56,314 bases of DNA from Rhina ancylostomus (lineage: Eukaryota), in assembly GCA_030265395.1 (NCBI GenBank), contig JARFYF010000055.1:25418388-25474701 (forward strand). The letters run 5' to 3'. This document shows positions 50,575 through 56,314 of this stretch, in pieces. The notes below the pieces were generated by a model. It was not told where the DNA came from, did not search any database, and worked only from the letters and a program-made list of their open reading frames with translations. Every line of letters starts with the position of its first letter. Within the stretch, counting starts at the first letter, position 1. The position numbers were made by a program, and so were the translations under genes.

Positions 50575-52540
50575 AACTCGGAGATCAGTAATTCACAGTT
50601 TATGTGCAACTCATTTTACCATGGCATCAAGGGAAGTTAAATTCAGATTAATTGAATTAACTGAAATATGAAAAGATAACAGGAGTAATGAAAGTACCAG
50701 ATTCTGTGAAAAACCCATCTGGTTCACTAATGTTCTTTAGATGAGAAAATCTGTCATCCCTAACTGGTCAGACAAAGAACAATGCAGCTGATTTTTAACA
50801 ACCCTGTTACCTAGCCCAGCAAGCGATTCAATTGTATCAAGTTGCAATGACAATGCATTGAAACAATGAAACTTGATTGACCACATGGCATCAACCTCAG
50901 CATTCCAATTCAAGTAAGAGAAGGGCGCTGCCCAAGTGGGGAGATGTGTGGATAAATCGTGAAAGTGGTCACTTAGCCTCACCAAGCAGTAGCCTGATAC
51001 AGTCAAATACACAGAATCATCTTTTTCAGCTATCTTCCCACATTTCTCCATTATGCACGTTTGGTTTATTGTGTCCCATTTGTAAGATATACACCAGAAC
51101 CTGACTGTAATAAACAGTGACCATGGTAGATTAATAATTGATGTTAGATCCCCTGAATCTCACAACATCAGGCCACACAGGAAGGAAACCTTCTGAAGAT
51201 TACCACATACTGCTGTCTCTCAGGTCATGACTCAGTACCTCCCCACACTGGACACCATTTTTAAGTAGTATTAATTCACAACAGGATTGGCAGTCAATGT
51301 CCATCCATAAAAGTAGCTCCCTCACTGATCAAGATGCCACAACCTGAAGGATATAGGTGCCAGACTGGGTCCGAGACAGATGGTGAATGAAATAGCGCAT
51401 GAGGAAATCATATCTGACCATTCTCTCAACAATTCATCGGTTGCAGATCCATCTCACCTTGGTGTTATTAGTAGGAGTAACCACCACACAACCCGCAGAG
51501 AGATGAAGATCCACCTTCATATTGAGGATAACCTCGGATGTGCGCTGTAGCATTATCACCATGTTAAATAACAAATAATCATAACAGATTTAGCAACTCA
51601 CTCATTATTCACATGACATTGGGGACCTTCCGCAACACCAGCAAGTTTCCCAACATCTGTAAGTCTGTGACATCAAGCAGTCCTGGTAAAACTGGTCAAT
51701 TGGATTCATGGGGAAACTTGATTGGCTGGCGTCATACCCATTGCAAAGGACAATGGATGTTTTCGCTGGAGATCAATTATTTCCAGGGCAATCAATGGCA
51801 TAGCAAGTATGGCTGCTACCCCACAGCTTGAGTGACCCAGATTCAATCCTGACCTTGGGTGCTGTCTGTGTTCTTCCTGTGACCACACGGGTTTCCTCCA
51901 GGTGTTCTGGTTTCCTCCCAGAGCACCTGGTAATGATCACCTCCAAAAAGAAGTCATACAACCAATGGTCCTTGATATTCAATGGCCTTCCCTTTCCCAA
52001 ATCCACCACCATTAACATCCTAAAACTGAACTGGACCAGCCACAAAAATACTTGACTTCAAGTGCTGGTCAGAGACTGGATACTGAAACTTCAACTACTT
52101 ACAAGGCAAAATATGATGGAATACCTTCTGCTTCCTTAGACATATGATGTTGTAACAACACTTATAAAGCTTGACATTAGCCAGGACTAAACAGTGCTCT
52201 TGACTGACATCCCACATCACTCTCTAAACATTCATTAACACAACAGCTGGTGTGAAGTACCATCTGCAACATGCACGGAAGTTACTTGACAAGGCTTCAG
52301 CAACAGCACCTCACAAACCAATATCAACTGCCACCCAGAAGGACTAGATGATATATCACTGATCCTTCAGTGTTGCTGGATCGATATCCTGATATTTCCT
52401 TTCCAACAGCACTGTGGGAAGGGACGCCTTTTCANNNNNNNNNNNNNNNNNNNGAGTTCATGCCCATTTCTCAAGAATAATCTGGGATGACATCAATAAT
52501 TGGCTTTGTCAGTACTGCCTACATCCCAGGAACGAATATG
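50575..52540 (+). mobile_element. Internally deleted CR1/L2-group LINE with SINE-like 5' head, APE remnant, RT C-terminal part and 3' tail
   Basis: Head 50709-50759 aligns with SINE 18370-18420. LTKQ*PDTVKYTES at ~50978-51020 resembles the first APE motif. PKSTTINIL.KLNWTSH lies at ~51995-52045 and the tail at 52455-52540. Confidence 0.7.
51795..51928 (+). mobile_element. Truncated V-domain SINE inside the LINE
   Basis: gacccagattcaatcctgaccttgggtgctgtctgtg...gggtttcctccaggtgttctggtttcctccca. Confidence 0.8.
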
Positions 52541-52623
52541 CTGTGGAGCAAGGGAAACATTCACACAGTTTGTTCTCAGGTCAAACAGAAATGTATGTAT
52601 TCCATCAATCTTTCACCTCAAGA

Positions 52624-52649
52624 AGAGAGATCGAGAGAGAGAGAGAGAG
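52624..52649. repeat. Imperfect (GA)n microsatellite
   Basis: agagagatcgagagagagagagagag. Confidence 0.9.
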
Positions 52650-54349
52650 AAGCTCATTCATCTTACCACTGTAGTCCATCTACTCTCTGTCCAGTTGTCA
52701 AAACATGGCATTTCTGTACACACTTAGAGATAAGGTAAAGCATCTTCAACAATGCACAGGCTTTCAGCTGACACCTCAAGCCCAATCCAAAATGACAAGA
52801 TGCATCGTCAGTTGCTTCTAACATCACTGCTCTTGCATGATCATTTTGTGCTTACAAATCCTGTTCCGGTGGTCTCATGCCTAAATCATCCCTTTAGCCA
52901 GTTAAGTTCATGGTTACTGTGGTGATGGCACTTGGACCAAGCCACTATCTTTAATTCTTTAATTACCACCTTTTTCACTAAGGCCTTCTGGTGTCTATTA
53001 TCTGGTACTGTTGCACAGACCAGGTCTGATTTATTCTATGAGGTAAAAATGCACTTTCGTCTTGCACTACGCTTTTCAATATAATATGCATGTTTCCCCC
53101 TCTGGCCATGCCCCTGTATCCAACCACTTCAAATAAAATAAAAAAACAAACAAAATCTAACAAGAAATATGGAGCCTGCAAAAGAAATACAGGCCTAGTG
53201 ACAAAGTGGGTCGATTTTGATAAAGTATTTCAAAACACAAGCAGTGATCTAAACTTTTAATTTGACATGGTTTAGGTGAAACAATCTAAGACAAGTGGGA
53301 GCGCCATAATCTCATCAAAGGAATTTCCTGCACTTGCTGGAATAGTTACATGCAATTACTTATCTGCATCGGCATGATTCCTGATTTCCTCACCTGCTGA
53401 TTCCACAAGGAAACTCTGGACTCACCGTTGGTTCCAGTGGCAGAGAACAGACATTCTGGAGAGAGTGGCTAGATGCACCTCGCTGCCAGCTCTTAATCAT
53501 TACTCTGGAAGGACTGACATCTAAACAGCGAGAGGGTTGCTGATCCTTCAGAAAAAGATCAAGTGCAGGTGTCTAGGACAGCAAGAGCTTCCTCAATGGA
53601 GATCATCAAAGAATGGGGTTCAAAGCCATAACATTTCAATTCCACAAGGCACGTTTACCAGTGGATAAATGTATATTTTAAAAGCAAACTGACATATTGG
53701 AGCATTGCTAATAATCATGTTTTCTATGAGTGGCAGTAGCAAATAATCAAAAAGAAACAAGACCATTTGCAACCCTGTTCTACTGCTGAGGTCCCCAATT
53801 AATAGATAAAACCTGAACCAGAATTTCTGATATTTTCTTTGTTTCTATAAGATAAAGCTCAGTCGACTTTGGCATCAGGAAATTAATCTGTCGGGGTCAC
53901 AGTCTATCAGACAGCAAGCCATTTAGATATAATTGTAGAGTACTCACTACTTGACATCACATTATTTCCCACTCACAAAACAGTCATACAAGCTACAATA
54001 GGCTTTTGCATGACCAACAGCAAATCAAATAATATTTGTGGTGACTTTGAGGCACTTAAGTTATTTTGTTCAACGTTCAATCTGACTATTCAGAAGCAAG
54101 AATGGTTTGATGCAGCTTAAGTGAAGCTCTCAGGATGTAGAAGCAATCCTTACAAGCCAGTTCCCAGTTCTACTTCCCTGCTCTCCTAAAGATACCAACC
54201 TTTGCTGAGGCCCAAGCTGCAGGACTCTATTAAACTTCTCATTCATACAATGCTGAAGATTTTGTGTGCTTGACAGTGGAGGATCATCCCAGCCCAAGTC
54301 CCATTATCATTGGATAATTGTCCTGGTTAAGTTTATTTTCTCCAATAAG

Positions 54350-54842
54350 AAGAACAGAAGAAATGGGAGCAGGAGTAGGCCATTCTGCCTCTTAAAATTT
54401 CTTCACATTCAATATGATGTCTGTTCTGATCTTGGCTTCAATCCTTTCCTGTCTGATATCTATAACCTTTCATTCTCCTATAGTCCTGTTGTCGATAATC
54501 TCAGTTTTGAACAGACTCAAAAACTCATCATCCTCAGCAATCTGGATTAGTGATTTCCAAAGATTCACAACAGAAAAGAAATTCCTAATCAGTTTTAAAT
54601 GGGTGCCTCTTTAACACGAGCTCCTGGTTGTCAATATCCCACCAGAGGAAATAACCTCACAACATCTAATCTGTCAAGCCCACTCAGAATCTTCCACGTT
54701 TCAACAGCGTCATGCCTGATTCTCGGAAACTTCAGAAAGTACAAGCCCAACTTACCCACAGGAGAATCTTTTCATAGCTGGTGAATCATTTCTCTGTACT
54801 GTCTTAAAGGCAGCTATATCACTCCTTCTATAAGGAGACCAA
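54350..54842 (-). mobile_element. CR1 3' fragment
   Basis: Tail agaacagaagaaatgggagcaggagtaggccattc followed by antisense ORF2 (ttccaaagattcacaac...aagaaattcct...taaggagacc). Confidence 0.85.
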
Positions 54843-56314
54843 TTTTAACACTGTGACTTTGGATGTTAGAGTCCACCATTAAAAATGTATTAGCAGAGCA
54901 TTTGGAATTGCTCAAGTAATTTTACTTTATGATTTTTGTTGTAATTTTAAACTGGTTAACTATTTAAATCTACTTGCAGGCACTCTCTCGGTGGAGAAGG
55001 TTGGCTCATTCAGCCCTTGCATTTGGAAAATGTCCGAGTGAGCAAAGACCGCAGGTAGAGTGCTTGGTCAGGGCCAATCCAGTCCAAAGAGTCCAAAACT
55101 TCACATAATATCTGTGTTAACTATCATGTTTTTTTGTTGTTGAGCATTGTTACATATTTCCTACTGCTATATTCCAATGATATTTCCACTTTTTAAGGAT
55201 GTTCCTCATTTGAAGATGAACAGATGACATAACTTTTAGATTCAGAAATGATTTATCAATGCTTTCATTTCATGATCCACAATATCAATAGACTACTCAC
55301 TAATTAGGGTGCAGATATACTACTGCCTTTCAAATATCTACAATTTGGTGGAGGTACACTCTTTCCAAAATCAATATCGGTTCAAATGGCATAAAGGGTA
55401 CTGTTGACAGAGTTGACTGGACAGACCCTCACACAACTGTTGATCTTATACTCAAAAAACAGCAAAGGATACAAGAAATTAATGCAACACATTTTCTGAA
55501 AATGTTCTTTATCAAGGCTGTGCCATGTGTTTTGTAAAAGTGGTGCAATAATGTCAACTGAAGAAATCTTCCCACATAAAAATAGGTTATAAAATCTTAG
55601 AGCTACTTTGAACACACTGCAAACATGCCGGCAGAGCATTCTGAGGATTCAGAAGCTAACTTCTTGACCATCATACTGGCTTTCCATACAGCTCCAGTTA
55701 AGAATCTTTGAAGTGGCATGTACTTTGTTCGTGGTTCACAATCTATCATTTATTAAGATCATGGCTGATGTCACAGCACTGGGGTAGAAGATCAGCCATG
55801 ATCTAAATGAATGGGGCAGCTGGATCTGGAATCCTTTATTTTTTGTTTGGAGGCACTTAGTGTCCAACCTTAGCCCCACCAGGTCATTCTGGTGGACCTG
55901 ATATTCACCAGACTTACCCCAATGGATGTGACATGCCTCACTCTTTCGGCAAACCTCCTCCAGCCATGGCTCTTTGTTTCTTTTCAAGCATGTGAATATC
56001 TGAATACTTACACAGTAATCCTGCACTCAAATCACTTTATTTAAAAATGTTTCTGCTGCATTAGGTCAGCGTTACCAACATTTTGTGAGGTAATGATAGT
56101 GATCCAGTCTGCAATCTCTGCTCAGACTTCTCTGTTCTCAGCTTGATCGTTCTCCAATAAAGTTATTTAAATATATTCATATAAGGGCCTTTGAAGTTTT
56201 GTTTGCCATGCAGTGGGAATAACATAGAATTATTTATGCAAGGCTTGCTTGCTTCTAGGAACAGCTGAGATTGTCACGCATGATTTACTTTGGAAAGACT
56301 TTGAACATTTAATA

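Noticed and set aside
54980-55054. Possible 75-nt plus-strand exon (ttgcag|...CAG|gtagag)
   Set aside because: The donor is weak, it is antisense to CSMD, and it has no partner exons or recognisable peptide.

Overview
This is non-coding-dominated vertebrate DNA from a gapped scaffold with many N-runs, several of them 100-N placeholders. The repeat repertoire (CR1 3' ends, V-domain and Deu-domain SINEs, Rex1/Babar, RTE, L2, Penelope, decayed Gypsy, Tigger) is typical of a cartilaginous fish, probably a ray; this is inferred from repeat types only. One host exon is identifiable: 113 nt on the minus strand at 6828-6940, encoding [37 protein letters not shown]. This is the C-terminal part of CUB domain 2 of a CSMD gene, closest by recall to CSMD1 exon 6. 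The rest of the window is therefore most likely the two flanking introns, filled with nested TE remnants. Nearly all ORFs in the track are TE fragments, gap read-throughs or noise. I see no convincing new biological system. The best leads are: (1) a LINE family with a tRNA-SINE-like head, no room for ORF1 and a cognate SINE; (2) an RTE copy with a twin-priming-type 5' inversion; (3) a ~157-bp inverted duplication near the CSMD acceptor; (4) a candidate poison exon; (5) degenerate hammerhead motifs in Penelope repeats; (6) a young Tigger with an internal terminus copy. TE boundaries were read by eye and are approximate to tens of bp.
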